Made by a program: the position numbers and the translations under genes
The notes under the pieces: model-generated
What the model saw: the letters and a program-made list of their open reading frames with translations, nothing else
Databases searched by the model: none
What the model was told of the DNA's origin: nothing
Shown here: positions 1-8,823 of the stretch, one piece after another
Position numbering within the stretch: the first letter of the stretch is position 1
Layout of the letters: each line of letters opens with the position of its first letter
Virus record (IMG/VR): IMGVR_UViG_3300045391_005035
DNA length: 64,000 bases
Strand: one strand, 5' to 3'
From: a virus

Positions 1-143
1 ACGTCCGGCATGACTGCGACGTGGTGGAATGCCCACGGCAGGGCGGCGATGCCCTTGAGCTGGTCGAGCGCAGCAGACTCCACCTCGTGGAGCTGCGTCC
101 AGAGCTTCACCGGAACGACCTTGCCCTTCATCTCGGAGATCAT
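1..143 (-). CDS. rtcB: RtcB-family RNA ligase, N-terminal part (truncated by window edge)
   Basis: Not in the ORF track. Reverse complement reads MISEMKGKVVPVKLWTQLHEVESAALDQLKGIAALPWAFHHVAVMPDV, matching the bacterial RtcB N-terminus (PVKxW...AVMPDVH). ATGA overlap with the upstream gene. Confidence 0.9.
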   Translation of the reverse strand, partial: MISEMKGKVVPVKLWTQLHEVESAALDQLKGIAALPWAFHHVAVMPD

Positions 144-397
144 GGCTTCCTCAGCAGTGTTGCGTACTCGCCGAGGTCCAACGCATGCGGACCAGCGGCC
201 TCGTGGCTCGGACAGACGAACGCCAGATGCGCAGGCATCTGCCGCGTGCCAGTGTGCTTCTCGTGCTGGTACGTCGCGAGCTTGCACTCGCCCCACGCGC
301 GACCGCCGATGAACCGGCTGTGCTTGCACGTGCCGCAGGTCGCGACGAGGCGAACGCCGCGATCGGCGAATACGCTCAACTTCGACTTGTCGGGCAT
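140..397 (-). CDS. Small Cys-rich hypothetical protein (CxxC...C...C)
   Basis: TCGTCKH...GEC...VCPSHE; translationally coupled to rtcB. Confidence 0.7.
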   Translation of the reverse strand: MPDKSKLSVFADRGVRLVATCGTCKHSRFIGGRAWGECKLATYQHEKHTGTRQMPAHLAFVCPSHEAAGPHALDLGEYATLLRKP

Positions 398-413
398 GCG
401 CGAGGTGTCGCAT

Positions 414-433
414 GTTCTTGCAACACACGCAAC
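414..433. promoter_or_regulatory. Shared operator-like motif CAACACACGCAAC
   Basis: Motif at 421-433; 414-428 is the exact reverse complement of 7362-7376. Confidence 0.6.
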
Positions 434-439
434 CGCGTT

Positions 440-607
440 CTACCAGTACCAGCCCTTCTTGGCTCGCAGCGGCGGGAGTAGGTCGTAGCGTCCGGTGCGG
501 ATCAGATGCTTGCAGCGAGCGCGGTGCAGCCGCGAGTGTTGTCGACGATACCAGGCGGGATCACGCCAGTTGCCGCCGATCGACTTGTGGTGCTTCGTTC
601 GGGCCAT
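440..607 (-). CDS. Small basic hypothetical protein (55 aa, MARTKHH...KKGWYW)
   Basis: GGAGG RBS before ATG at 607; Arg/Trp-rich phage-type peptide. Confidence 0.6.
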   Translation of the reverse strand: MARTKHHKSIGGNWRDPAWYRRQHSRLHRARCKHLIRTGRYDLLPPLRAKKGWYW

Positions 608-671
608 GGGGTCCTCCAGGCCCGGAGGAGATCTCCGGGTCCTATCAGGACCACCTGGCGCAGCTCGCGCA

Positions 672-1106
672 TCACTCGTCCTCGTCGACGTCGTCGACCC
701 AGATGGGCGTACCAGGGCCCATCCACGACCCAACGACGTTGAACTCGAAGAACTCGTGCGCTTCCTCGGACGTCATGCCGCGAGCCTTCAGCACGAGCAG
801 TGCGCTCGCCATCGAGAACGCGGCGATGGGCGGCTGACCGCACCGCCGAGCGAGTCCGATGAACGCGTCATCGAACCCATCGGGCCAGAGTGCGTCCGGG
901 TTCTCGTCGGCCAAGAGCGCTCGGTGCCGCTCGACAAGCTGCCGGTGCTTGGCGACGAACTTCTGCGCTGCTCGCCGCGCCGCGATGGCGCGCGTAGCTG
1001 CGACGCGAGCGGAGATCTTATCGGCGGCCTCACGCTCGGCGTCGCTCAGATCGGCGCGCAGGTCCTTCAGGACCTTGCCGAGCGTGTCGTCGAGCGCGTC
1101 ACCCAC
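672..1106 (-). CDS. Conserved phage hypothetical protein
   Basis: DGFDDAFIG...GMTSEEAHEFFEFNVVGSWMGPGTPIW pattern familiar from phage proteins; GTG start 6 nt after a -10 box. Confidence 0.7.
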   Translation of the reverse strand: MGDALDDTLGKVLKDLRADLSDAEREAADKISARVAATRAIAARRAAQKFVAKHRQLVERHRALLADENPDALWPDGFDDAFIGLARRCGQPPIAAFSMASALLVLKARGMTSEEAHEFFEFNVVGSWMGPGTPIWVDDVDEDE

Positions 1107-1112
1107 GGCCGG

Positions 1113-1141
1113 ACAGTATGTTGCATAAACCATGGCGTCAA
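1113..1141 (-). promoter_or_regulatory. Sigma70-type promoter TTGACG-N17-TACTGT with GCAACA half-site, leaderless
   Basis: Read directly on the minus strand; -10 lies 6 nt upstream of GTG 1106. Confidence 0.65.
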
Positions 1142-1162
1142 GCTGTGGTACGCTATTTTCCT

Positions 1163-2152
1163 ATGCCGACTCCCTCCTGCCGCGACCTTCTGAGCCGCGA
1201 GATCTACGACCCCGTCTACGATCCGCTGACCGGGATCTGCTACCGGAACCCATGCGCCGCAGAGGAGGCGGGGATCGTCGACTGGATGCCCGGCTGCGGC
1301 GCCACCATCCCGAGTTACGCGATCGACACGGGTCCCACGTGGGTGGAAGAGGCGTGGTGGAACGACGGCGGCGGGCGTGGTCGTCGCCGTCGTCGGCGCT
1401 CAGGACATCCGCTCTCGCCTCCCGGAGGCGGCCGCTTCGGTCCTACCCTCGGGCCGCCCATGCTCCGTCCTGGCGGGGGCATGAAGTCGTCGGGCGGTGG
1501 AGGAGATCTGCTCCCGCCGATGCACTCTGGTCCGACGATGTTCGGCCAGGCGTCCGACCCGGCGAATCGTCGCATGGGCGGCGCAGGCCCGGTAGGCCCA
1601 GGGCTCGACGTCGATCGACCGACGTACTCGCCGCACTACGGCGGCCAGGTCATGGCGCCATACGCGCCGTCCTCGGTACAGCTGCGCACGCAGCCGACGA
1701 GCTACGTGGGCACGTACCGTCCGGCAGCGAGCAGCTACCAGGCGAGGCCGTACGCAGCCACCATGGCTCCGATGCGAGCGGCGTCGATGCAGATGCGCCC
1801 TCAGGCCGTCTCGGCGTCGAAGGGGATGCGTGGGCTCGGGCAGACGCCTCCGACGGTGCCCGGCGTGTCCGCGCCGTGCGACACGCTCATGTGCCGCATC
1901 AACACGTCGCCGTTCAATCCGATCCGCGCCGTTCGCGGCGTCTGGTTCCCCGAACCAAGTGGCAATCGCTTCGCTGGCATCGGCATCGCGCTGTACCGAG
2001 GCATCGCCGTCGCAGGGGCACTCGGGGCGTCGTACGCGACCTCGCGTCGAACGCGCTCCGCAGCAAAGATCGTGGCCGCTGGCGTCGCCGGCCTTGTGTT
2101 CGCCCCGATGGGCCTCGACGCAGCCGTCAACGCATTCCGGAGCCGCGCGTGA
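1163..2152 (+). CDS. Putative virion membrane protein (MRGLGQ motif, C-terminal hydrophobic helices)
   Basis: KGMRGLGQT motif; C-terminal GASYATSRRTRS hairpin resembles that of 32024-32341. Confidence 0.65.
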   Translation: MPTPSCRDLLSREIYDPVYDPLTGICYRNPCAAEEAGIVDWMPGCGATIPSYAIDTGPTWVEEAWWNDGGGRGRRRRRRSGHPLSPPGGGRFGPTLGPPMLRPGGGMKSSGGGGDLLPPMHSGPTMFGQASDPANRRMGGAGPVGPGLDVDRPTYSPHYGGQVMAPYAPSSVQLRTQPTSYVGTYRPAASSYQARPYAATMAPMRAASMQMRPQAVSASKGMRGLGQTPPTVPGVSAPCDTLMCRINTSPFNPIRAVRGVWFPEPSGNRFAGIGIALYRGIAVAGALGASYATSRRTRSAAKIVAAGVAGLVFAPMGLDAAVNAFRSRA

Positions 2153-2415
2153 GCCTCGACTATCTTCTCCACTGCGACAACTGGGCCCAGGCCCCCAACC
2201 TGAACGCAGGACGCTCAACCGTTCGCGGCCTGCGCAACGCGATCCGTGCTGCTGCGCGAAAGCTCTCCACCAACAGCGAAGACACGTGCCGCGTGTACCT
2301 GCCGAAGAACGGCTGGCTCCGACCGGGCGACGAGGTCGCTGCCGTTCGCCGGACGAAGAGCGGCTTCGCGGTGAAATACAACCCGAAGTTCGCACGCCAC
2401 CTCGTTCCGACGTGA
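2149..2415 (+). CDS. Hypothetical protein
   Basis: GTGA overlaps with both neighbours. Confidence 0.55.
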   Translation: MSLDYLLHCDNWAQAPNLNAGRSTVRGLRNAIRAAARKLSTNSEDTCRVYLPKNGWLRPGDEVAAVRRTKSGFAVKYNPKFARHLVPT

Positions 2416-2735
2416 AGCTCATCGACCTCGAACCGACGTTTCTACAGATCGTCGGCCCCGGGCGGCGACTGCGCATCGACACGCTTCCGGCCGACGGCCT
2501 GATGTTCCTGTGCCCAAAGTGCTTTCTCGCGAACAAAGGCAACGTCGGCACGCACAGCGTCTGTTGTTGGCAGCCGCACGTTCCGCAGACCGAACTACCC
2601 ACCCCTGGGCGCTGGTCACTGGTCGGCACCGGGTACCACGACCTCACGCTCGTCGCCGGCTCGTCGTCGATCTTGCTCACCTCCGGCTGTCACGCTCACT
2701 TCTTCATTCGGAACGGCCTCATCGAGTGGAGCTAG
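2412..2735 (+). CDS. DUF6527-like Zn-binding protein
   Basis: FLCPKC...SSSILL..GCHAHFFIRNG.IEW signature. Confidence 0.7.
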   Translation: MKLIDLEPTFLQIVGPGRRLRIDTLPADGLMFLCPKCFLANKGNVGTHSVCCWQPHVPQTELPTPGRWSLVGTGYHDLTLVAGSSSILLTSGCHAHFFIRNGLIEWS

Positions 2736-2740
2736 GTTGC

Positions 2741-2769
2741 TTGAACCTGTCGGACACCTCGGCTACCGT
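2741..2769 (+). promoter_or_regulatory. Promoter TTGAAC-N17-TACCGT, leaderless
   Basis: TACCGTcgcctcATG; nearly identical to TACCGTcgcgtcATG at 7389-7403. Confidence 0.6.
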
Positions 2770-2775
2770 CGCCTC

Positions 2776-3207
2776 ATGAACGACGCTGGCGCGAAGGACC
2801 AAGGCCTCGGAGCGAAACTGTTGAAGGAGCTGGAGAACGGTCTCCTGATCGCGTATCGCGTGAAGAATCACGCGCTCGACTACTCGATCATGAACCGTCC
2901 CGAGCCGAACCTCAGCGGCGTCGACGACCACGCGCTCGCGACGGCGATCGTGTACGCCGGCAACAAGTTCAGGATCGTGCACTCGCCAACGCTAGCCTCT
3001 CGCCCCGAGAAGGTCTCGCGTTCCGACGGTCGCACCATCACATACGACGAGCTGATCGACATCGACTTCGATGAAGGCGTCATCCGTACGAGTCGCCGCG
3101 AGACGATGACGCTCCAGATGCTTCAGGGCATCGTCGGCGATCTGATGTCCAAGGCGACGAAACCATCACCCGGCGTGATGACAGAGAAGCCCAGGTCGGC
3201 GAACTGA
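2776..3207 (+). CDS. Hypothetical protein
   Basis: Globular-looking ORF following a leaderless promoter. Confidence 0.65.
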   Translation: MNDAGAKDQGLGAKLLKELENGLLIAYRVKNHALDYSIMNRPEPNLSGVDDHALATAIVYAGNKFRIVHSPTLASRPEKVSRSDGRTITYDELIDIDFDEGVIRTSRRETMTLQMLQGIVGDLMSKATKPSPGVMTEKPRSAN

Positions 3208-3208
3208 G

Positions 3209-3493
3209 CTACGCGTCGAGGAAGATGAAGTCGAAACCTGCGCTGGTGATGAACCAGCACAGCTGGTCGCCCCAGACGGAACGAAAGACGCCCGCGTCGG
3301 GATCCTGAGCAAACGCGTTCGCCAGGAACTCACGCGGCGTCTCGTCGTCGTCCAGGATCGGCGACAGATCGACGTGACGCAGGAACGAGCTTGGAGTGAC
3401 GCGCTTGGCCACGCGCATCATCTCGTGCCAGTTCGCCTCGTCCGTTGCGCTTCGGCGACGGACGACGCTACATTGGCCGACGTAACGGCTCAC
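3209..3493 (-). CDS. Hypothetical phage protein
   Basis: GTGA overlap with 3490-3675; ends FITSAGFDFIF. Confidence 0.55.
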   Translation of the reverse strand: MSRYVGQCSVVRRRSATDEANWHEMMRVAKRVTPSSFLRHVDLSPILDDDETPREFLANAFAQDPDAGVFRSVWGDQLCWFITSAGFDFIFLDA

Positions 3494-3675
3494 GCGGCGC
3501 GCTTCAGGTCCGCCGATCGCTCGCCGACGCCGAGCACGGCCCTGCGATCTGCGCCGCTCATCATCGACCAGATGGCACGCAGCTCGGCCTCGAAGCCGTC
3601 CGTGTCGTCGCCGCGAAGACGCGCGGCCCGCAGGCGCTCTCGCGCCGCCCTGTACATCTCGACCTGGTTGCCCAT
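3490..3675 (-). CDS. Small hypothetical protein
   Basis: GAGGAG RBS upstream of ATG. Confidence 0.55.
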   Translation of the reverse strand: MGNQVEMYRAARERLRAARLRGDDTDGFEAELRAIWSMMSGADRRAVLGVGERSADLKRAA

Positions 3676-3694
3676 GGAACACTCCTCGTAGGAG

Positions 3695-3732
3695 AAAAGG
3701 AAAAGCCGCCTCAGAGACTCCTCCGAGGCGGC
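3695..3732 (-). terminator. Intrinsic terminator
   Basis: GCCGCCTC/GAGGCGGC stem followed on the minus strand by TTTTCCTTTT. Confidence 0.7.
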
Positions 3733-3929
3733 CCACGTGCAGCGAATGCAGCAGAGGTGCTTACGGAGGAGATGTTGCGTTCTTGATGTCGTTGCCGGCT
3801 TCGACCGAACTCACTTTCGCGACGGGGCATGCCGGGCACATGGACCCGGTGCCACACGTGGCACCACCGTCGCGCAAAATGAGAATCGGCTTCAGCACGA
3901 AACTCTTGTCCCACGTCGTCGCAACATCG

Positions 3930-4355
3930 TCAAGAAGAATGTTGCGTCGGTCGCGTTGGTCTCGTGAACAGTGCGATCTCTTCGTCGTTGAGCCAGCGGC
4001 GATCGGTCGCGTTGTAGACAAACGTCGGCTTCTGGGCTTCGAGCGCGAGTCGCACGCTGTGCATCGTTCCGCGTGATGCTCCGTCCCAGCAGGCGATCAG
4101 CTGTTCGCACGCGTCGACGATCTGCTGGTTCCGCTTGAAGCCAGCTCCACGCCCATACTTGTCCCAGTCGGCCGGGAAGATCACGGGCGGCCGCTTGCAG
4201 AGCTTGCGGGCAACCTTCTCCGCAAGCGTGTCGGCGCCACGGGCGCCGCCGCTGACGATGACGACCTCAGGATCGTGCTCCAGCAGGCGCGTCACGATGC
4301 GCTCCATCACCTTCATGTCCATGAAGGTCCTCGACCCGACGATGGCGACGTTCAC
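3930..4355 (-). CDS. SLOG-superfamily (DUF2493/YspA-like) protein
   Basis: VAIVGSR...IVSGGARGAD...ADWDKYGRGAGFKRNQQIV...WDGASRGT. Confidence 0.85.
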   Translation of the reverse strand: MNVAIVGSRTFMDMKVMERIVTRLLEHDPEVVIVSGGARGADTLAEKVARKLCKRPPVIFPADWDKYGRGAGFKRNQQIVDACEQLIACWDGASRGTMHSVRLALEAQKPTFVYNATDRRWLNDEEIALFTRPTRPTQHSS

Positions 4356-5809
4356 CGGAGCGGCCTGTACGGCTGGTCGAAGCCTACGCATGCCTCGGTG
4401 TTCGGCTGGAGCTGACGACGAGGAGGCCGGCCAAATGCACCGTGTTGTCGGTACAGGTCAACCGTCTGGTACATCGAGTTCGCCGAGCGCATGTCCGATA
4501 CGGCACTGGGATCGATACCGAAGCCGCTCAGTACGCTGACCCAGAAGATGACCTCGTCAGGGAACTTGATCTCTGCCGCGTGTGCAGCGGCGAACCCCGG
4601 TGACCGGTTCGCCTTGCCCTTGATCTGCTTCACGTTCTCCGCGCGGAGCACTGCCTCGTCGGCGTCTGGCTCGCGCATCTGCTTGCGGATGTCCTCTGCG
4701 TAGATCTGCGTATCGATCTCCAAGGTGAAGCGCGGCTTGTTCGCTCGCGAGCGGAGCGACCAGACCTCGATCTCGCCGTCCTTCAGCGCTCGTACGTAAC
4801 CCATGCCCTGATCGCCGACGCAATGTCGCATCAGCGTTCCTTCGAGACGCAGATCGCCCGGATGCAGCTTGATGAGCTTCCACGGCGCCTCTTCGTAGAG
4901 CGGGCCCTTCGTGATGCCCATCGCGCGCAGATCCGCTTGCGTCCACTCGCCGATGACCTCGCGCGGATCGTCGCGCCCTGACTCCAGCGCCGCGAAGTAT
5001 TCCTTCAGGGTCTGGTAGACCTCCTCGCGCTCGTCTTCGCCCTCGAACCACTTGATGACGAAGCCGAGCAGTTCCTCATCGGGCAGCGGCTGCTCGCGCA
5101 GCTTCTTGGCGAGAATCGAGTTCTCCGTCTCCAGCGCCGAGAAGAACACCTCCTTCGCCTTCTGCGGGTCATTCTCGACGACCTCGTTGAGGTAGGCGGA
5201 GATCAGGTCGCGGCACCACTCGTAGAACTCTTCCCGGTTGGACGTGATGTAGACCGGCGATCCGGAAGTACGACCCCAGTTCTCTTCGACACGGTCGACC
5301 TGATCCCACCAGACCTGACCGTCGAGCGACTTCCAGAACTCCCGCGCCAGTTCTGGCGGGATGTGCTCAGCACCGTCTGGGACTCGCGCGTGCGGGAAGT
5401 AGACGCTGTCCTCTGTTTCCACCCGGAACGAGAAGACATCCGGATCGCTCGACCAGGTGAACGGACCCCAGTGCGGCCAGCCGCCCAGGCGGTGGTGCCG
5501 CGACCGTCGTCGCTCACCGTCGGCTGCCTCCTTCAGCGCCTCGACAACCCGTTCACGCGGCACGTAGTCCAGGTTGTACTCCGCGGGGCTGTCGTAGATC
5601 ACCTGGTCCACGAACTTGTCGTCGCTGGCCCAGATCGAAAAATCAGGAACCGGATCTTCGTCGGCGTCGCGGTGGGCGTGGAGGCCCTTGGTGTCCCACC
5701 AGTACATCGCCTGATCCAGCTTCTCAGCGATGTCGGCGCGGAGTTCCTCGTCGTTACTCGCCAGGTGGCGCTGGACCTGCTCCATGGAGACTGCATCTTC
5801 GAGCAGCAC
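4352..5809 (-). CDS. PcfJ-like domain protein
   Basis: LRLEGTLMRHCVG..Y...IWSLR...PRFTLEI...QIKGKAN pattern; start codon uncertain. Confidence 0.7.
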   Translation of the reverse strand: MLLEDAVSMEQVQRHLASNDEELRADIAEKLDQAMYWWDTKGLHAHRDADEDPVPDFSIWASDDKFVDQVIYDSPAEYNLDYVPRERVVEALKEAADGERRRSRHHRLGGWPHWGPFTWSSDPDVFSFRVETEDSVYFPHARVPDGAEHIPPELAREFWKSLDGQVWWDQVDRVEENWGRTSGSPVYITSNREEFYEWCRDLISAYLNEVVENDPQKAKEVFFSALETENSILAKKLREQPLPDEELLGFVIKWFEGEDEREEVYQTLKEYFAALESGRDDPREVIGEWTQADLRAMGITKGPLYEEAPWKLIKLHPGDLRLEGTLMRHCVGDQGMGYVRALKDGEIEVWSLRSRANKPRFTLEIDTQIYAEDIRKQMREPDADEAVLRAENVKQIKGKANRSPGFAAAHAAEIKFPDEVIFWVSVLSGFGIDPSAVSDMRSANSMYQTVDLYRQHGAFGRPPRRQLQPNTEACVGFDQPYRPLR

Positions 5810-5810
5810 G

Positions 5811-7355
5811 TCAGGCCTCCATGTCCTCGACGGCGGTGAGCGCCTTGTCGATCATCTCGTCGGTCAGGTGCTCGGCCTTGTAGACGCCTGGGTAGCGCTT
5901 ACGCTGCATGAGCGCGTCGCGTACCGCCACGACGACCGGCACCTTCTCCTCGTCGTCGTCATCGCCGCCGTAGACCGTGGCGGCGTTGTTCGCGACATCC
6001 GATCCGAGACTCGCTCCCACGAACGGACTGATGCGCCGCGCGATCTCTCTCGCGATGTCGTGCACGCGCCCGTTCTCGCGCACGCCCTTCACGGCGTAGT
6101 CGTGTCCCTCGACGTCGCCACCGGTGGGACGGCGCACGAACGGCTCGATCCAGATGACCTTCCGCAGCGCCCGCCCAGGCCCGTGTGCCTGCTGACGGAA
6201 GTGACCGCGCACGAGGATGTCGTCCTTCGTGAGCGTCCGCTGGATCCGCGTCACCTGACGACCGACATCCCAGAGTGAGAAGTTCTTGCCGATCGTGACC
6301 TGACGTCGAGCACCGCTGCCGGCGCGGCGAGCATGCTCGGCCTTCTCGACGACCTCTGGCCAGGTCTGGCGACCACCGGTCGGCTGGATGTCCGGGTTCG
6401 GGCTCGACAGGTAGAGGCAGAAGTTGACCACGAACTTCCGCAGCAGCTTGTACCCGTCCTCGTACGCAAACTCGACGCCCTGCCATCGAACGAACGGACG
6501 ACGCTCCCTCCGGCTGTCCATGCCATCGTCGTCGATCGTTGCTTCGTACTCCTCGATCGAGCCGTCGAACCCCTCTGGCAGCGATACGAAGTTCACCTGC
6601 GCATTGTCGTCGGTCGCAGAGGTCGACTTCTCGTTCGGCTCGCCCCAGAAGAGCGACAGCAGCAGACGCCCCTCACGGGGGCCGTCGTTCGCACGCCCCT
6701 CTGCCACGCCCACGAGCGAAACCTTGTGCCAGCCGGTGACGGAGTTCCACATCTCCAGCGCGCCCGGCGGCATCTGGATGTAGAAGCCTGGGAGCGGCGG
6801 TCGCACGTCGCGCGGCCTGACGGAGTCCGCGTCCGTGAGGATGAGCTTCTCGGCGAGGCTGTCGCGCAGCTCGAAGACGCTCGGAGCGCCGAAGCGGCGT
6901 GCCGACATGTAGATGAACAGCGCGGTGAACGGAAGCTGAATCGCCGCGAAGAACTGCTGCCCCGACATGCGGTGGCCGTACATCTGGAGCTGCCCGAGCA
7001 GTGCGTTGGCGGCGACGTCGATGAGCTGCTTCCACTGCTTCGTGTTGCCCGGTCTCATCAGGTCGATGAGGTCGGTGGCGGTCCCCATGTCCAGGTCTTC
7101 TGGCGCGATCCCCGTCTGCACGTGCCAGAGCATCGGCGACAGAACCGTCTGCGACCGGCGCTGCACCGGCTTCCCTTGCCGCCAGAGCTTCTCGACCTCG
7201 TCCATCGTTGCCAGCAGCTTCTTCTGCATGTCCGGCGTCGCATGGCGCAGCGCCATCCCGGGAGAGCTGGCCAGCTCGACGGCGCGCTGCTTGATGGTGT
7301 CGGAGATCGTCCAGAAATCATCGTTCTCGCCAGCCATGACGACGAACGTTACCAC
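5811..7355 (-). CDS. Large hypothetical phage protein
   Basis: VRGHFRQQAHGPGRALRKVIWIEPFVR motif common in phage proteins; VREN junction before a short C-terminal domain. Confidence 0.7.
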   Translation of the reverse strand: MVTFVVMAGENDDFWTISDTIKQRAVELASSPGMALRHATPDMQKKLLATMDEVEKLWRQGKPVQRRSQTVLSPMLWHVQTGIAPEDLDMGTATDLIDLMRPGNTKQWKQLIDVAANALLGQLQMYGHRMSGQQFFAAIQLPFTALFIYMSARRFGAPSVFELRDSLAEKLILTDADSVRPRDVRPPLPGFYIQMPPGALEMWNSVTGWHKVSLVGVAEGRANDGPREGRLLLSLFWGEPNEKSTSATDDNAQVNFVSLPEGFDGSIEEYEATIDDDGMDSRRERRPFVRWQGVEFAYEDGYKLLRKFVVNFCLYLSSPNPDIQPTGGRQTWPEVVEKAEHARRAGSGARRQVTIGKNFSLWDVGRQVTRIQRTLTKDDILVRGHFRQQAHGPGRALRKVIWIEPFVRRPTGGDVEGHDYAVKGVRENGRVHDIAREIARRISPFVGASLGSDVANNAATVYGGDDDDEEKVPVVVAVRDALMQRKRYPGVYKAEHLTDEMIDKALTAVEDMEA

Positions 7356-7361
7356 GGAAAA

Positions 7362-7394
7362 GTGTGTTGCAAGAACTACCGCGCATGTTACCGT
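7362..7394 (+). promoter_or_regulatory. Promoter TTGCAA-N16-TACCGT with operator half-site GTGTGTTGC, leaderless
   Basis: -10 lies 6 nt before ATG 7401; 15-nt identity with 414-428. Confidence 0.6.
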
Positions 7395-7400
7395 CGCGTC

Positions 7401-7580
7401 ATGAAGTCCATGGAACAGCAGCTGGAAGAGGCCCGTGAGGAGATCGACGCGCTCAAGCGAATGGTCGCTGGGCGCGACGATGCGATCGAGACGCTGCGCG
7501 CGATGGTGAAGCGCGCCGCGCGTGAGATGCGCGCCGGCTCGAAAGACATCCTCGCCGACCTGGAGAAGGTCAAGACGTGA
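7401..7580 (+). CDS. Small coiled-coil hypothetical protein
   Basis: MKSMEQQLEEAREEIDALKR. Confidence 0.6.
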   Translation: MKSMEQQLEEAREEIDALKRMVAGRDDAIETLRAMVKRAAREMRAGSKDILADLEKVKT

Positions 7581-7822
7581 CGTTCCTCAATGCACGGCAG
7601 CGCGAGCACGCCGCGGCGCTTCTGATGCGCGAGCTGATCTGCGAGAAGATCTACCGCGAACGCGACAAGTGGACCGCGGTCCATCCCTGCCGTGCTCTCG
7701 GCGTGCGAACGCTCCCGTTCGACGTGAGCGACTACATCACCAACGACCTCTTGACCTTGGATGCGCCGCGTTTGCGCGCATACGCGGCCGAGGTGCTCGA
7801 CCTGCTGGAGAAGCGCAGATGA
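7577..7822 (+). CDS. Hypothetical protein
   Basis: Coupled ORF. Confidence 0.6.
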   Translation: MTFLNARQREHAAALLMRELICEKIYRERDKWTAVHPCRALGVRTLPFDVSDYITNDLLTLDAPRLRAYAAEVLDLLEKRR

Positions 7823-8079
7823 GCGACGATCAATCCGAGGCGAATCCAATGGCCGGCGTCAGCTTCGGTGTCCTCGCAGTGCCTGGCACCGAGGTCCGCG
7901 GCCGTACGAACTGCAACCACCCGAAAAACCGGCGTCGCGAAGGCGAGCGCATGTCGCTCGTGTACGGCTCCGCTCCGACGGAGGAGTGCACGCTGTGCGG
8001 CGCATGGCGGCCGACAGATCGCTGGCTCGGCCCGTGGCGTCGTGCGACCGTGTCGCGTGGAGACCGCGATGACGAATGA
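7819..8079 (+). CDS. Small Zn-ribbon-like hypothetical protein
   Basis: CNH...CTLCG. Confidence 0.55.
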   Translation: MSDDQSEANPMAGVSFGVLAVPGTEVRGRTNCNHPKNRRREGERMSLVYGSAPTEECTLCGAWRPTDRWLGPWRRATVSRGDRDDE

Positions 8080-8551
8080 ACGCTCGGTCATCGAGCGCGC
8101 GAGGGAGATCTCGCAGGTCGCGCTAGATCACGGATGGGACGCGCCTACGTGGGACAACTTCCTCGCGAAGCTCATGCTCGTCATGACCGAGGTGCAGGAG
8201 GCCGAGGATGCGAGCACTCATGACGAAGCGGTGATGGAGCTGGCTGACGTCGTCATTCGAACGCTGAACGTGCTCTTCACGCTCAACGGTGATGGTCCCG
8301 TGCCGATGGAGGAGCCGTTGCCGCCGAGCGACGACCTGCTCCTCCGTACGCGCCAGGTGCTCTGCCGCTCCGCTGAGTTCTATCGCCGCGGCATGGATGG
8401 TCGCGCTCTCGGCGAGCTGTGGGACCTGATCGTCGGAATCGAACGGTGGTGCACCGAGCGCGGCTGCGACATCTGGGTCTTCGTCGATAAGAAGACGGAG
8501 ATCAATCGAGATCGTCCGCGCATGCACGGCAAGAAGCGCTCGATCGGCTAG
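8069..8551 (+). CDS. MazG-like nucleotide pyrophosphohydrolase
   Basis: KLMLVMTEVQEA...ELADVVIR...KKTEINRDRPRMHGK. Confidence 0.8.
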   Translation: MTNERSVIERAREISQVALDHGWDAPTWDNFLAKLMLVMTEVQEAEDASTHDEAVMELADVVIRTLNVLFTLNGDGPVPMEEPLPPSDDLLLRTRQVLCRSAEFYRRGMDGRALGELWDLIVGIERWCTERGCDIWVFVDKKTEINRDRPRMHGKKRSIG

Positions 8552-8820
8552 CGCGCTCGACTTGCTCCGACGAAGCGCTTGAGCTGACGTTCGAACCAAT
8601 CGTCCCACTCGCGCTCCCACTGCTTCACGAGAGCGTCTGGTAGATGCGTCTTCGCGACGAACTCGGCGTGGAGCTTCGCCGACTTCGCGGCCGCCCTCGC
8701 CTCGCCTTCGAGGTCGCCTTCGAAGTGGCAGAACCACCAGCGCCGTCGCTGCTCCCACATCGCTTCTAGCTGCGCGACGGAGTTACGAACGTACCTGCGC
8801 TGTGCGGCGCTGATCGACAC
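8548..8820 (-). CDS. Hypothetical protein
   Basis: Convergent ORF at the end of the minus-strand operon. Confidence 0.55.
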   Translation of the reverse strand: MSISAAQRRYVRNSVAQLEAMWEQRRRWWFCHFEGDLEGEARAAAKSAKLHAEFVAKTHLPDALVKQWEREWDDWFERQLKRFVGASRAR

Positions 8821-8823
8821 GTG

